This document shows positions 1 to 11,279 of a stretch of 64,000 bases of DNA, piece after piece; the first letter of the stretch is position 1; each line of letters opens with the position of its first letter. The stretch is taken from assembly GCA_051546255.1 (NCBI GenBank), contig CP128821.1, positions 558,001 through 622,000 on the forward strand. The letters run 5' to 3'. The notes beneath the pieces were generated by a model. It was not told the origin of the DNA and did not search any database. It saw nothing but the letters and a program-made list of their open reading frames with translations. The stretch comes from Meyerozyma guilliermondii (taxonomy: Eukaryota). A program made the position numbers and the translations under genes.

Positions 1-902
1 TTGTATGTCTTTCCCACTTCGTAAGCTTCTGGCGACTCTTCAACATTATTAACAAAAATCTGGTTGTCTTTAAAGGTTCCACTTGTCTTGTTGAGCAATT
101 GGGCAAATTCTGGACTGGAAAAAAGCCGCCGACAAAATTCTTGCGATTCGCTGCGATTATCTACTAGAATAACAAGAAGCCATGAGTACCCGGTTTGCGC
201 AGATTGGAGCACCAGATTGAAATCGGAGCTTTTTATGTTGAATTGCGACAAGTCCACCACTTCTGGAGAAACTTCCGAAGTTTTGTTGTCAATCGATTCT
301 TTGAAATCAAAATTCTCAGAATACTTTGCATAATCGAATTGCGATGGAAACCGGCCGATAAAATGACTACTCGAGCCCACAAAGAGAAACTTGAAGATCG
401 AAACCAAAAACAGAAGAAGAGTTCTTGGCACGAGCAAGAGCACTAACCACCATGAATTGACGGCCGGCCGACGGTCAGGATTATGCAGCAGTTTTTCCGA
501 AAGCGATGAGTGGATTCCGAGCTCTAGTTGCCAATGATTGGAAATTCGTGGCGCCTTGGGAAGTTTTGGTCGAAACGACTCGAGAAACATTTGGCTCTGA
601 AGATTGACTAATTCGGGTCCTGCCGAAGATGAGGTTCGTCGATGAGAGAGATGCGATTCTGCAGGGTCCTGGAGTATTTCCGGACCCGATGCAGATACTG
701 CTGCATCTTGACTTCCGGAATTTGCCAGCAGTGATATCCGGTCAATTACGTCAAATCCATGGTCGAAATACGACGAAAGAGCATTGTTTAAATCCCAATT
801 GTTGACGGTTAGAAGCGACACCACCTTTTGTCTATCGTCCTCAGCGCCAGATATAGACACAAATTGTGTCACAAGATCTTGCTGTTCGGGTGTAAGATCC
901 AT
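1..902 (-). CDS. UBX2: UBX/UBA-domain membrane adaptor for Cdc48 (Ubx2/FAF2-like); 5' part only, runs off the left edge
   Basis: Not in the ORF track. Hand translation from ATG 902 gives MDLTPEQQDLVTQFVSISGAEDDRQKVVSLLTVNNWDLNNALSSYFDHGF (UBA-like), then RPKLPKAPRISNHW and a hydrophobic hairpin WWLVLLLVPRTLLSFLVSIFKFL. The segments translated, including the window edge, are in one frame. Confidence 0.8.
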   Translation of the reverse strand, partial: MDLTPEQQDLVTQFVSISGAEDDRQKVVSLLTVNNWDLNNALSSYFDHGFDVIDRISLLANSGSQDAAVSASGPEILQDPAESHLSHRRTSSSAGPELVNLQSQMFLESFRPKLPKAPRISNHWQLELGIHSSLSEKLLHNPDRRPAVNSWWLVLLLVPRTLLLFLVSIFKFLFVGSSSHFIGRFPSQFDYAKYSENFDFKESIDNKTSEVSPEVVDLSQFNIKSSDFNLVLQSAQTGYSWLLVILVDNRSESQEFCRRLFSSPEFAQLLNKTSGTFKDNQIFVNNVEESPEAYEVGKTY

Positions 903-1517
903 CTTGATTGATTAACCTGCCGACTTGTTCATAGCATGTGGTACTGCAGGTAAATGCATGCGGCCGCACGTGATAAGCTCACTAAGAGATCTTGGCCAAT
1001 TTCTGATTCCTCTTGTTAAAAACCGGTTTACCGACTTTTCCTTCGCAAGGCTCTACATCTTTCCTTCTTAAGACTTTCCTTTGTTTCTTTATTTCGTCTC
1101 TATTGCAGTTCACAACAAAATGGATAATTTCAGTCTCGTTTTGAGTACCTTCAAATTGTTCAAAAATCCGGTTTAGCCACCGACTTATTTTCTCAAGACT
1201 TGCCTTTATTTCTTCGTTTTTAATGAGTTTGATGCATATTCGTACATGAGTGCAAGTACCATGTGCAGCGCGACAGCTGTCAAAATGCAAGTATGAAATT
1301 TCGAGGACTAATAGGCCAATGCGTTACTTTCCCAAAAATTGTTTACAAAACAATCAAAGAAGACGTGGCTCTCAAATGTTATCAATGCAGAGAAATCGAA
1401 AATTCGCGGACTTGACAGCAATGCGGCTCACAAACTAAATTTAACGCACCTTTTTTCATCGAGTCTCGAAAAGATATAAAGATCAGGTGACCAGACCAAG
1501 TTCAAATAGTCACCAAA

Positions 1518-1556
1518 AATAGTACAAGAGAGTACCAGAATAGTACAAGAGAGTAC
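1518..1556 (+). repeat. 18-bp direct repeat AATAGTACAAGAGAGTAC x2 in the leader of the HDEL ORF
   Basis: Copies at 1518-1535 and 1539-1556. Confidence 0.85.
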
Positions 1557-1565
1557 AGAACAAGG

Positions 1566-2345
1566 ATGAAACAATCATTGATTATATACTCATGGTTGAT
1601 CTTCTTTACCAAAGTCTATGCTGACTTTTTTTGGGCTCTTGATCTAGATTATTTTTTGCGTGACAGCACCAATGTTCTACATAATGGAACTCACGGTATT
1701 GACATTGTTTATGTTGGTGGTGTGGAATTGAATAATACCTACCCCGAATCACTCCTTTATGGCATTGACTTAACTGGTACAGAAGTGTCTGCTATAAGTA
1801 CTCAATTGGCAGCAGGTGTTAAAGCTGTTCACGATTCGACTAATGCTTCGACGATAAAATCTTACTCATACCATTTCTGCAATGGACATTTGAGTACTGT
1901 CAAAGTTAGAAGAAATCCAGGCTCCAAATTTTACAGGGACCAACTTACTGTTGTAATCAAGTACGGACAGCACAAAACAGCCACACAAGTTTTATCCGAA
2001 ACTGAAGTAATATCTGCCCAGTGGATTAAATCCAATACAAAGTGTGTGAAAAAAGAAAAAATAATTCCCATCGGCAATTGGGATCTAGCTGCTGGTTATA
2101 TCAGCTTTGAAGGTTGTGCTGATTCGATTTCAGACTCATTGTTGGAATTGGGAACAAAATACGCCAATAGAGCTATTGGAAATCTTCCTAACCAAGATAC
2201 TTGGAAGGCTGATTTTTCTCATGGTTCATGGAACGTTTGTATGAAAATTGCAAACAAGTTGTACTATCTGTTGTATGATTTTCGGAACGCAGTCAACTCA
2301 ACGGGAAAAGATTTCAAAGTTCCATATAGGCACGATGAGCTATAA
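1566..2345 (+). CDS. Orphan secretory-pathway protein with signal peptide and C-terminal HDEL (killer-toxin-like candidate)
   Basis: 259-aa ATG ORF with hydrophobic N-terminus ending VYA|D, four N-glycosylation sequons (NGT, NNT, NAS, NST), four Cys and C-terminal RHDEL; TATA-like GATATAAA near 1473. Confidence 0.75.
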   Translation: MKQSLIIYSWLIFFTKVYADFFWALDLDYFLRDSTNVLHNGTHGIDIVYVGGVELNNTYPESLLYGIDLTGTEVSAISTQLAAGVKAVHDSTNASTIKSYSYHFCNGHLSTVKVRRNPGSKFYRDQLTVVIKYGQHKTATQVLSETEVISAQWIKSNTKCVKKEKIIPIGNWDLAAGYISFEGCADSISDSLLELGTKYANRAIGNLPNQDTWKADFSHGSWNVCMKIANKLYYLLYDFRNAVNSTGKDFKVPYRHDEL

Positions 2346-2906
2346 GGAAAGAATGGAAGAATAGCACATAAATTGGTGGAAAAGCACAATTAATTGGTGG
2401 AAGTTGTTCACTCGTCTACTGTGAAATCATGATTCTGAACTTCTGGACTTCTCAGTGTACCATAAGTATGGAGCAAAAGACGAGCCATACTGAAAATCTA
2501 ATATCCAACATTTCTTAACAGTTCTTAATTAAAGAAAATTTTCTGAGTATGATGTCTGTCAGCCTCCGGTATTCAGACTATTTCTTCAGATATTCTGCTA
2601 TCAATAAATTGTGAAACAATTATCATAGATAAGGCTAGTATGCAAGTAGTTACCTAAAGAAATAGACCAATTCAACCAACTACGAGCAGTCTTAATTAGA
2701 ATATTAAGCGAAACCTTCCAAACGGGCAGAGCCATTTTCATTATTGAATTGGAAACTAAGAGCTATGATCAATGATTGACCAAAGGTTACGAAGCCTCAG
2801 CATTTGAAATATTGATGAAAAAGCTTAATTCTTTCGTGAAAAACTCAATTCCAGAATTATGGAAATTAAGGTGTACCTGTCAAAGTCAATAATTAAGTTA
2901 GGCTTG

Positions 2907-2916
2907 GTCACGTGAC
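2907..2916. promoter_or_regulatory. Palindromic E-box GTCACGTGAC (Cbf1/Tye7 type) upstream of GUT2
   Basis: Exact 10-bp palindrome. Confidence 0.5.
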
Positions 2917-3707
2917 GCATGCCCGTGACGTTCCCCGTGATTTTGCCCCGCCTCAACCCCGCTCGTCTGCAGAGACATGCAGATAACGAAAGGCGGACAA
3001 GAAGCGAATCCGAGGGTACCGTCGTCAGACTAACGAGAACACAAGAGGACAAGAATACGGAAGAAGAAAAAAATTCATACTGTTTTCAAAATCTCTGTCT
3101 CAAAATTTTATTATCTGTTCCTATCTCCTTTCTTTCTTTTTCTCTTTTCTTTTTCCTATGGCTATTTCTTTTTCCGTTATTTTCAACGGTCAATAATTAT
3201 TTACCGCGCAGAACCAATTGTCCGCGTTATTGTGCCAAGAGCGCGACTTGTTCCACGTCGCAGGCGGCTGAACCACATGGACTCCCTGCGGCCGGTACGC
3301 GATGATCCGCACCGCCGGAACATAATTCGGAACCTCGGTTGCAAATTAGGAAAGGCGACATTGTCGAGAACCAGGTGAATAAAATGGTATTTCGAGTGTC
3401 CAAACTCATTTAACGGCTTCTCGTCATTCTATAAACACCCTAATCAACAGCGCAGCTTCTCCTCTCTCCGCAACAATTGTTGCAAGTGCCCTTGCATAGT
3501 CCGTGGGTGGTTGCTTCCTGCACATACTCGGCGCATCATTGCAGCCGGTATAAAAGGCAGTGATTTGCTGTTTGTCGCTAAAACGCACTCTGTGGGTGAC
3601 CAACTTGTCAACGAACAGTAGTTTTTGCGTTATTCAACGACATCCCTGGAGATTCCTTTGACTGTAACATATCTTGATAATAATCGAACAGAATCCGTTT
3701 TTAAAAT

Positions 3708-5660
3708 ATGTCCCGTTTTCTAGCGTCGAAATTCGCCAAGACGGCCCTTGCAACGTCGGCCGTTATTGGTGGTTCTGTTGTGTACGTGGACTACATCAAA
3801 CCACCCGCAGTGCCTGAGTTGGTCACTTCGTACAAACCTTTAAGAAAAGATTTGCCTGCTCCTCCAAAGAGAGAAGAGCTCGTTTCTCGGTTGGAAACCA
3901 CCCCCAAATTCGATGTTCTTGTGATTGGAGGTGGTGCCGTGGGAACTGGTACCGCGTTGGATGCTGCTACAAGAGGCCTCAATGTTTGTTTGTTGGAAAA
4001 AACCGATTTTTCTTCGGGTACTTCTTCAAAATCTACAAAAATGGCCCATGGTGGTGTCAGATATTTGGAAAAAGCCATTTTCCAGCTCTCTAAAGCCCAG
4101 TTGGACTTGGTTATCGAGGCGCTTAACGAAAGAGCAAACATGTTGCGCACGGCTCCTCACTTGTGTTCCGTTTTGCCCATCATGATCCCCGTCTACAAGT
4201 GGTGGAAAGTGCCTTATTTCTTCATGGGTTGCAAAATGTACGATTGGTTTGCCGGTCACCAGAACTTGCGGTCGTCCACTGTTTTCTCCAGAGAAATGAC
4301 CGCTGCCATTGCTCCTATGATCGACGATTCCAACTTGAAAGCTGCATGTGTGTACCACGACGGAACTTTCAACGATGCCCGTATGAATGCTACTTTGGCC
4401 ATCACTGCCGTCGAGCATGGTGCCACCGTTCTCAACTACTTTGACGTGGTCCAGCTCGTGAAAAATGAAGGCAAAATCGAAGGTGTGCGTGCTGTCGACA
4501 GAGAAACCGGTAAAGAGCATCTCATCAAGGCTACTGCTGTGGTGAATGCCACCGGTCCTATGGCTGACAAGATTTTGGAAATGGACGAAGATCCTCAGGG
4601 CTTGCCTCCAAAGATCCCACAACCACCAAGAATGGTTGTTCCTTCGTCTGGTGTCCATGTCGTTCTTCCTGAATACTACTGTCCAAGAGATATGGGAATG
4701 TTAGACCCATCCACCTCCGATGGTAGAGTCATGTTCTTTTTGCCATGGCAAGGAAAGGTCTTGGCTGGTACTACCGACACCCCATTGAAGTCCGTTTCCG
4801 AAAACCCAGTCCCATCCGAAGAAGAAATTCAAGATATCTTGAACGAATTGTCCAAGTACATTGTTTTCCCTGTGCATAGAGAAGATGTGTTGTCTGCTTG
4901 GTCTGGTATCAGACCATTGGTTCGTGACCCTTCCACTGTCCCCAAGGGTCAAGACCCCACCACCGCTTCTACCCAAGGCCTTGTTCGTTCCCATTTAATC
5001 ACCCAGTCTGAAACAGGATTGGTGACGATTTCTGGAGGAAAATGGACCACTTACCGTGAAATGGCTGAAGAAACCGTTACTACATTGATCAAAAAGTTTA
5101 ACTTTGACGGAAAGAACTTGAAGCCATGCCAAACTAATGAGATCATCTTGGCTGGTGGTGAGGATTATTCCAAGAACTATTCTGCTAGATTGATCCACGA
5201 GTACAGAATTCCTTTGAAGTTGGCCAAGCACTTGTCTCATAACTACGGTTCCAGATCGTCGTTGATTTTGGAGTTGTACCAGGAGTCCGATTTCAACAAG
5301 CTTCCAATCACCTTGGCTGCCACCAAGCACTTTGAGCCATCGGAAGTTGTCAACTCTGAGGGAAACAACTTGTCTTACCAATCTTTCGATGAGCCTTTCA
5401 CCATTGCCGAATTGAAGTATTCGCTTAAATACGAGTACATCAGAACTCCTGTTGATTTCTTGGCCAGAAGAACCAGATTGGCTTTCTTGAATGCCAGAGA
5501 AGCATTGACTGCTGTTGATGGAGTGGTTAGTATCATGAGCAAGGAACTCGGATGGGACGATGCCACATCCAAGATAATGGCCAAGGATGCCAAAGATTAC
5601 ATTGGAAAGATGGGTATTTCCTCAAAGGAGTTTGATGTTGCTGACTTTGTAATTCAATAA
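3708..5660 (+). CDS. GUT2: Mitochondrial FAD-dependent glycerol-3-phosphate dehydrogenase
   Basis: DVLVIGGGAVGTG FAD motif, SGTSSKSTKMAHGGVRYL, GGKWTTYR, N-terminal presequence/TM. Confidence 0.97.
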   Translation: MSRFLASKFAKTALATSAVIGGSVVYVDYIKPPAVPELVTSYKPLRKDLPAPPKREELVSRLETTPKFDVLVIGGGAVGTGTALDAATRGLNVCLLEKTDFSSGTSSKSTKMAHGGVRYLEKAIFQLSKAQLDLVIEALNERANMLRTAPHLCSVLPIMIPVYKWWKVPYFFMGCKMYDWFAGHQNLRSSTVFSREMTAAIAPMIDDSNLKAACVYHDGTFNDARMNATLAITAVEHGATVLNYFDVVQLVKNEGKIEGVRAVDRETGKEHLIKATAVVNATGPMADKILEMDEDPQGLPPKIPQPPRMVVPSSGVHVVLPEYYCPRDMGMLDPSTSDGRVMFFLPWQGKVLAGTTDTPLKSVSENPVPSEEEIQDILNELSKYIVFPVHREDVLSAWSGIRPLVRDPSTVPKGQDPTTASTQGLVRSHLITQSETGLVTISGGKWTTYREMAEETVTTLIKKFNFDGKNLKPCQTNEIILAGGEDYSKNYSARLIHEYRIPLKLAKHLSHNYGSRSSLILELYQESDFNKLPITLAATKHFEPSEVVNSEGNNLSYQSFDEPFTIAELKYSLKYEYIRTPVDFLARRTRLAFLNAREALTAVDGVVSIMSKELGWDDATSKIMAKDAKDYIGKMGISSKEFDVADFVIQ

Positions 5661-5922
5661 TAGACCTGATAGATTAGAGTATATAGTGTGAAATTAGTAG
5701 AGAAGAAGTGGGACAAGTAGCGAATTGAATAGTGAGAAGATTCAATAATGAGAAAAATCTCAATTATTTTTGGGTGCGAAATTTGTCTTATCTCATTAGC
5801 TCTACTCAAGACTACAAAAATCAGTATACCATTGAACTTTTGAAATGTTTTCCTGGTTTCTTGAGTATCTACTGATCTGACTCACAATTCAATGGAGTTT
5901 AAATGAAATTGATACAAAATTG

Positions 5923-6849
5923 CTAAAAATGAGTAGGGTTCCTTGTCAAGAACCACTGCGAAATGATGAAAAGCATAATGGCAATTAACAGTTCCATCAA
6001 GAAGCCCATGAAGGTATAGTACTTGTAATCCCCAAAAATCAACGTAAACTTGTTGAAACTTGTGCTGGAGATGTTAATACCAGTAAACGACAGCACAATT
6101 GAGTATATGATTCTCACCAAGTAGAACACCAAGCTGAACATAATAATTCTAATACCACTTCTGAAGGTGGGTTGCTGGAAGTAGATATAGACAAGAAGAC
6201 CAAACACAAGAATCAAGGCTGCCAAGAAAAGCAAGGAAGACACCTTGAAGTAGGTTCCTGTTGAACCTCCACTGGACCCGTCGGACATCTCACAGGCACC
6301 AACTATGGACAAAATAATTGCTACCATAATTACAACTGTGGTGACTCTGAACGGGTGAAACTTGCTGAGATCCTTCTTTGGGTCCGTGGGTCTCATGTCT
6401 TCGGTGGAGCTTTCGCTATCCTTTCTGTTGGAGAGACCAATGCGGACCTCTTGGAAATCCGAATTTCCACCTTTGTTAAAAATTCCCAAAATTCCGCCAT
6501 TGGACGAGGATGAAGGACGGGGAAACATCATGTAGTCCAAGTAATTGACAATGGACTTGAGCAAAAATCCCAAACTGGCCGTGTCTAAAATATAAGTTGC
6601 AATCATAAGTCCAGTCGAAGGCTTGTCCTGGTCCACTTGAATAATAGCACAAATTCCTCCACCTATCTTGAACGAGGAAAACATGGTGAAAAAAAATGTA
6701 ACAATGAACAAATTCTTTCTAAGAGTGGCATCGACCCTGAATATTCTTAAAAACATGCCGGTAAGAAATGTAATAAGAATGACTGCAAAAAATGCAACTT
6801 GCACAATGGAGACGGTTCGCCATTCAGAAGCGTATGTAACTGGAAGCAT
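5923..6849 (-). CDS. Multi-pass (about 7 TM) fungal membrane protein of unknown function
   Basis: 308-aa ORF with about 7 hydrophobic segments and a polar central loop; RTA1-like topology by inference only. Confidence 0.8.
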   Translation of the reverse strand: MLPVTYASEWRTVSIVQVAFFAVILITFLTGMFLRIFRVDATLRKNLFIVTFFFTMFSSFKIGGGICAIIQVDQDKPSTGLMIATYILDTASLGFLLKSIVNYLDYMMFPRPSSSSNGGILGIFNKGGNSDFQEVRIGLSNRKDSESSTEDMRPTDPKKDLSKFHPFRVTTVVIMVAIILSIVGACEMSDGSSGGSTGTYFKVSSLLFLAALILVFGLLVYIYFQQPTFRSGIRIIMFSLVFYLVRIIYSIVLSFTGINISSTSFNKFTLIFGDYKYYTFMGFLMELLIAIMLFIISQWFLTRNPTHF

Positions 6850-6954
6850 TGTTGTTGTGGATTGAGTAGTGAAGGGTGGTCTGGGAAGAATGTCAAATTC
6901 AGCGAGATACGCTCATCTTTTATATTCTTTAGTCTCGTAGGTTATCGACTCTAA

Positions 6955-7272
6955 TACGCTTACCTAATCGTACTTTGACGTATTCATCGCGCCGCACAGC
7001 CGCGCCTCAAAAAGGCACGGAATCTTTACGCTTATGTAAGCGGATATCAGATTCATATGAATACGATTAAGTAAGCGTAATTGAACAAAATTCATAAACG
7101 GACTTCATAGCCGGTTGCTAACGCTCTCCTGTTGAAATAGCACCACTGCACAGATACATGCTCTTGTACTCCTATCAATCCCCATATTCTTTCTCCCTGT
7201 TGAACTCGTTTCCCAAACCGTGGCTTGGTGCATGCACATACGAGATTTTGCAGATACGCTTACATAAGCGTA
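6955..7272. promoter_or_regulatory. Four copies of an 18-bp quasi-palindrome TACG(C/A)TTANNTAA(G/T)CG(T/G)A
   Basis: 6955-6972 TACGCTTACCTAATCGTA; 7027-7044 TACGCTTATGTAAGCGGA; 7062-7079 TACGATTAAGTAAGCGTA; 7255-7272 TACGCTTACATAAGCGTA. Confidence 0.8.
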
Positions 7273-7334
7273 TTCAACCATGAATTTTCAGTTGCAAATT
7301 TCATAAGAGTCACCTAAGGAACATGTAGAGTAAA

Positions 7335-8811
7335 ATGCCCAAGGCGAAGTGTCGAAGACTGAGCAAGTGGTCACGAAATGGATGTTTGAGCTGCAAGCGA
7401 TTGCGCATAAAGGTATGTTCAAACCTTAACTTAAAGTGACGATTAGCTAACTTAGTGCAATGAAGATAAGCCAACATGCGAATATTGCAAGCATACTGGG
7501 CGAGTTTGTGTGTACCCGGCAGTTTGTGAGGTTGTGAAACGGAATCCTCAACCTGGTAATGCTCCAAGGAATGAGTTTACTGGATTTGAAGTCATCACTA
7601 AGGAAACTTTGGTCAATTGTCCGTCGAGTATGATGGGACTAAGTCGGTTTGAGTTACGATTGTTGCACTTTTTCGACGACTTTTGTGTTTCTCTCTTCTC
7701 GTTCAATGTTAATGTGAGAGTGGATAAGATGTGGAGAGAGTCAGTTCCACAGTTATTTGGAATTTCACCTTTGGTTCGCAAAGCAGTGTTTCTGTTTGCT
7801 GCAATTAATATGTGGCCGCTATGTGATGTGGATACTTTATTTCATTCTGACGTCAAGGTTTCGATGCTTCTTTACAACACAGTACCTGTTGATAATGGAA
7901 GCGAAGTCGAGTCAACAACAAAACCGTTTTTTGACATGTCTTTGAAAAACTCAAAAACTGATAATTTGTTCATGAGGACCTTGTCTTACTTTTCGGACGT
8001 TCTATCTGAGACACAAAGAGCACTTACCTGCCCCAGAGGCTTCTCTGGGTCCAGTCTTCGAGCAGCAGAATTGGTGGTTTCGGGCATTTTGGTTTACCTG
8101 TTTCTCGGCCTTCATCCACACAAATTGGTTCCACTTTTATCGTTTCAATTGGAAACCAGTGACTACGATTCCAGCTGCAGCACCGACTTTGTGGCAATGT
8201 GTCGAGGCACGCAGAACTTGTTTGAGCTTGGAAAGGACAACTTAACGAAAACTAAGTTTAGAGTAATATTTTTTACTCCAGAGAAAATTCCGTATTCTGT
8301 CAAGGCACAAAAGTTTGCTATTGTTGAAAGACTAAGAAACGAGCTGAGTAGGTTTTTTGCCGATCAAGATGATTATCAAGCAATTGAGGAAAAAGAAGCA
8401 ATCGATAGGGCAATTGAACTACTTTCTTCGGCATTCTACTATTCCGCAAAACTCAAGTATCCAATTCCGCTATTTAAATGGCCGCTCGTTCTTCCACAAT
8501 ACTTTGATGTTCTTCTTCGACAGAAGCATATTTTTGCACTAAGATTATACTATCAGTTTGCCTGTATTTGCACTATAGCAAATTTCAGTCTCTACCATGA
8601 TACAAATATGTGGAAGGACTTTATCGAGTGGTTTCGTGTATACAATATGAAAGAGTACGGGAGGTGGTTTTACGAATTTGACCGCTGCTTTTATGATTTG
8701 GTTATTGGAAAAAACTTTCGGTTCGGGTATGATAACTTTTCCTTTTTATACGATTTTGATCCACTAAAGCCAGAGCATTCACTACTAGAATTTGCAGCCA
8801 CGACAAAATGA
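7335..8811 (+). CDS. Zn(II)2Cys6 transcription factor, Upc2/Ecm22-like, copy 1 (exons 7335-7412, 7456-8811; 477 aa)
   Basis: Exon 1 ends SRNGCLSCKRLRIK; intron GTATGT...GCTAAC.TTAG (43 nt); exon 2 starts CNEDKPTCEYCKHTGRVC in frame with ORF 7510-8811; ELRLLHFF...W..VP.L motif. Confidence 0.9.
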
Positions 8812-9355
8812 ACCGAAAATTGAACCAGAGTTCGTTTTTTGATCTTCACTACGACTGAAATCGATAGTAGGCTGGTGAAAGATTCGTAACGAACTAGCTT
8901 GTGAAAATGCTTAGCAATTTTCTTAAGCTGGAGAATTAGAGAGGAAGTCGCAGTTGCAAATGGTGCTGGCTGCAATACTGGAAATATTCCTCAGCAACAT
9001 TTAAATAGCTGACATGACTTATGAACTAACCAGCTAAAACGGTTTTAGTCTCGAAACTTTTCTTTGGCTTCTTTGGCTTCTAACTATGCATTTACGCAGT
9101 TGAACTATTGTACTTCTCAGCCGCACGTCGGTATCTTATGCTTATCTACTCAAGATAGAATATCAGATATCAATTATTAGATTTCCGATAACAATATCAG
9201 CAGATAACCGACTCGTACAAAACCCCAATACATAGATAACGAGTCTTTGTATAACATTGACAACTTCCCTTCAGCTAGCCGGAACGCTGAAGGTTGCAAC
9301 CTTCTGCTTACATAAGCCATCGGTTCACGACTAATCGAAATGAAGTACTCTTTTT

Positions 9356-10825
9356 ATGGCTGGGAGACCCCGAAGCAGACGTTCAAAAAATGGCTGCTAC
9401 GCCTGTAAGAAGCTACGGATAAAAGTAAGTTCTAGAATAAACCCAAATCAAATTTAGCCGTTACTGACTCAGTGTGATGAAAAGAAACCTTATTGTGAAT
9501 ACTGTCGACACACTAGAAGAAAATGTGAGTATCCTTTGCCCGTTCCGAGGCTGTGGAATGAACTTGTTGCTGCTAGTGGGTGTTTTGAGGTGATGACGAA
9601 AGAAAAGCTCATTAATTCCACTTCGGCGATGATGGGACTCGACCGGTTCGAGTTACGGTTGTTGCATTATTTTGACAAGTTTTGTGTTCCGGCATTTTCC
9701 TACGGAGTGAATAAAGAGGCTGAAAGGTTCTGGCAAACATTGGTTCCAAAAGTCTTTTTCCGGTCTCGCTTGGTGCGGAATGCTGTGTTTCTGTTCGCAT
9801 CGATTTGTATGTGGCCGCTTTTCGACATGGAGACGTTATTTCTGGCTGATGTACAAGAGATGAGAACTTTGTACCACATTAATAACCTATTCGAAGTAGA
9901 AGAAATTAATTCGAAATCGTTGACTTTTTTTGACTTGTCGCAGGACCATGCAACCACCAACAATTTGTACGCAAAAACACTTGAATACTTTTCAGACCTA
10001 TTACTCGAGAGCCAGCGAAGAATAGAGGGCTCTGAGATGGCACTTAGTCCTCTGAGAGCCATTGAATTGAGTATTTCCGGAACACTTATATTTCTGTTTT
10101 TGGGGCTCCATCCTCATAATTTAGTCCCAATACTAGCATTTCAATTGGAGGAAAACACCGATGAAGACTCAGCTAGAACTTCAGTACAAGTTCCAGACCA
10201 TCATATCCATGAAACAACCGATTTTGTGTCGATTTGCCGTGGGATTCAAGTCATAAAAGAGCACTGTTGCCTGAAAAATAGCAAGACTTCGCCCTATAAG
10301 GCGCCAAAAAAGTTCTCTTCTTTCCCAAAAGAATCCAAATTTGCTCTTATTTCAAGGTTGAATCGAGACTTGATTGAATATTATTCTAACTATGAGGGTG
10401 GTGTGCAACAGAGTGGAGCAATTGATGTTCTCAAAGAAGCAATTGAGCTTTTGGAAAGTGCGTTCCATTACTCTACCAAACTAAACTACCCATTGCCACT
10501 TTACAAGTGGCCCATTGGCATTCCAGAAAATTTTGGTGCTCTTCTTCGACAGAGACACTTTTTTGCACTTCGAATTTATTACCTTTTTTCATGCATTAGT
10601 CTCATGGCAAAGTTCTGTCTTTACCATGAAAGAAATATGTGGCGAGACTTTATAGAGTGGTTTCGCAAGTACAACTACAAAGGGTATGGAGGATGGGTTT
10701 ACAGATACGACCAAAGCTTCTACGACTTGGTGATCAAGAAAAAGTACACAATTCTGCTTACAGATTTTAGGAGCTTATACGACTTTGATGCGAAGATAAT
10801 GATGTCACGATGTGAAGAAAACTAA
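9356..10825 (+). CDS. Zn(II)2Cys6 transcription factor, copy 2 (exons 9356-9424, 9473-10825; 473 aa)
   Basis: MAGRPRSRRSKNGCYACKKLRIK | intron GTAAGT...TACTGAC.TCAG (48 nt) | CDEKKPYCEYCRHTRRKC, in frame with ORF 9536. Confidence 0.9.
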
Positions 10826-11279
10826 TAGAATGGCGGTTGCTACAATGGGAGCAAGCATCCAAAAATTGTAGATCCACGAGTTTATAGGCATGAATAACTT
10901 TACGACCGAGTAACCAAAATACAACGATTGAATGTAAGAAACTATGTGAGTGTGAACCCACCCACTTCTCATAGAATGAAGGATTCTCCTACTATTTTAC
11001 TCATAAATTCTTCAGAAAACTTGCTTAGTTTTTCAAAGTTTGAAACCTCGAGCCGCACGTCAAACTTAAAAATATGCGGTTTGCAGCCAACGAGCAGAGA
11101 AATGGTTTCAGATTTACAGTTGCATATATCTCCTAGACCCAATTCAACGTAGATCAAGCTACCAAAGCCTGAATAATCGAATGAATCTAATGGTCAGGCT
11201 AGTCATTTCATCTCCAAATCAGAAACGGTATCTGCACTACTGCGTTATCTTCGAAAACCGTAAATCAAGTCGTTTATAG

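Noticed and set aside
982..1290. 102-aa minus-strand ORF upstream of UBX2
   Set aside because: Non-ATG start and no recognisable motif. It could be a remnant, but this cannot be supported.
2919..3305. 128-aa ORF in the GUT2 promoter
   Set aside because: Its hydrophobic stretch derives from a T-rich promoter tract; no family features.
4026..5381. Long antisense ORFs within GUT2 (similar ones in MCR1, GPD, NNR2, KOG1)
   Set aside because: Expected shadows of biased codon usage in real genes.
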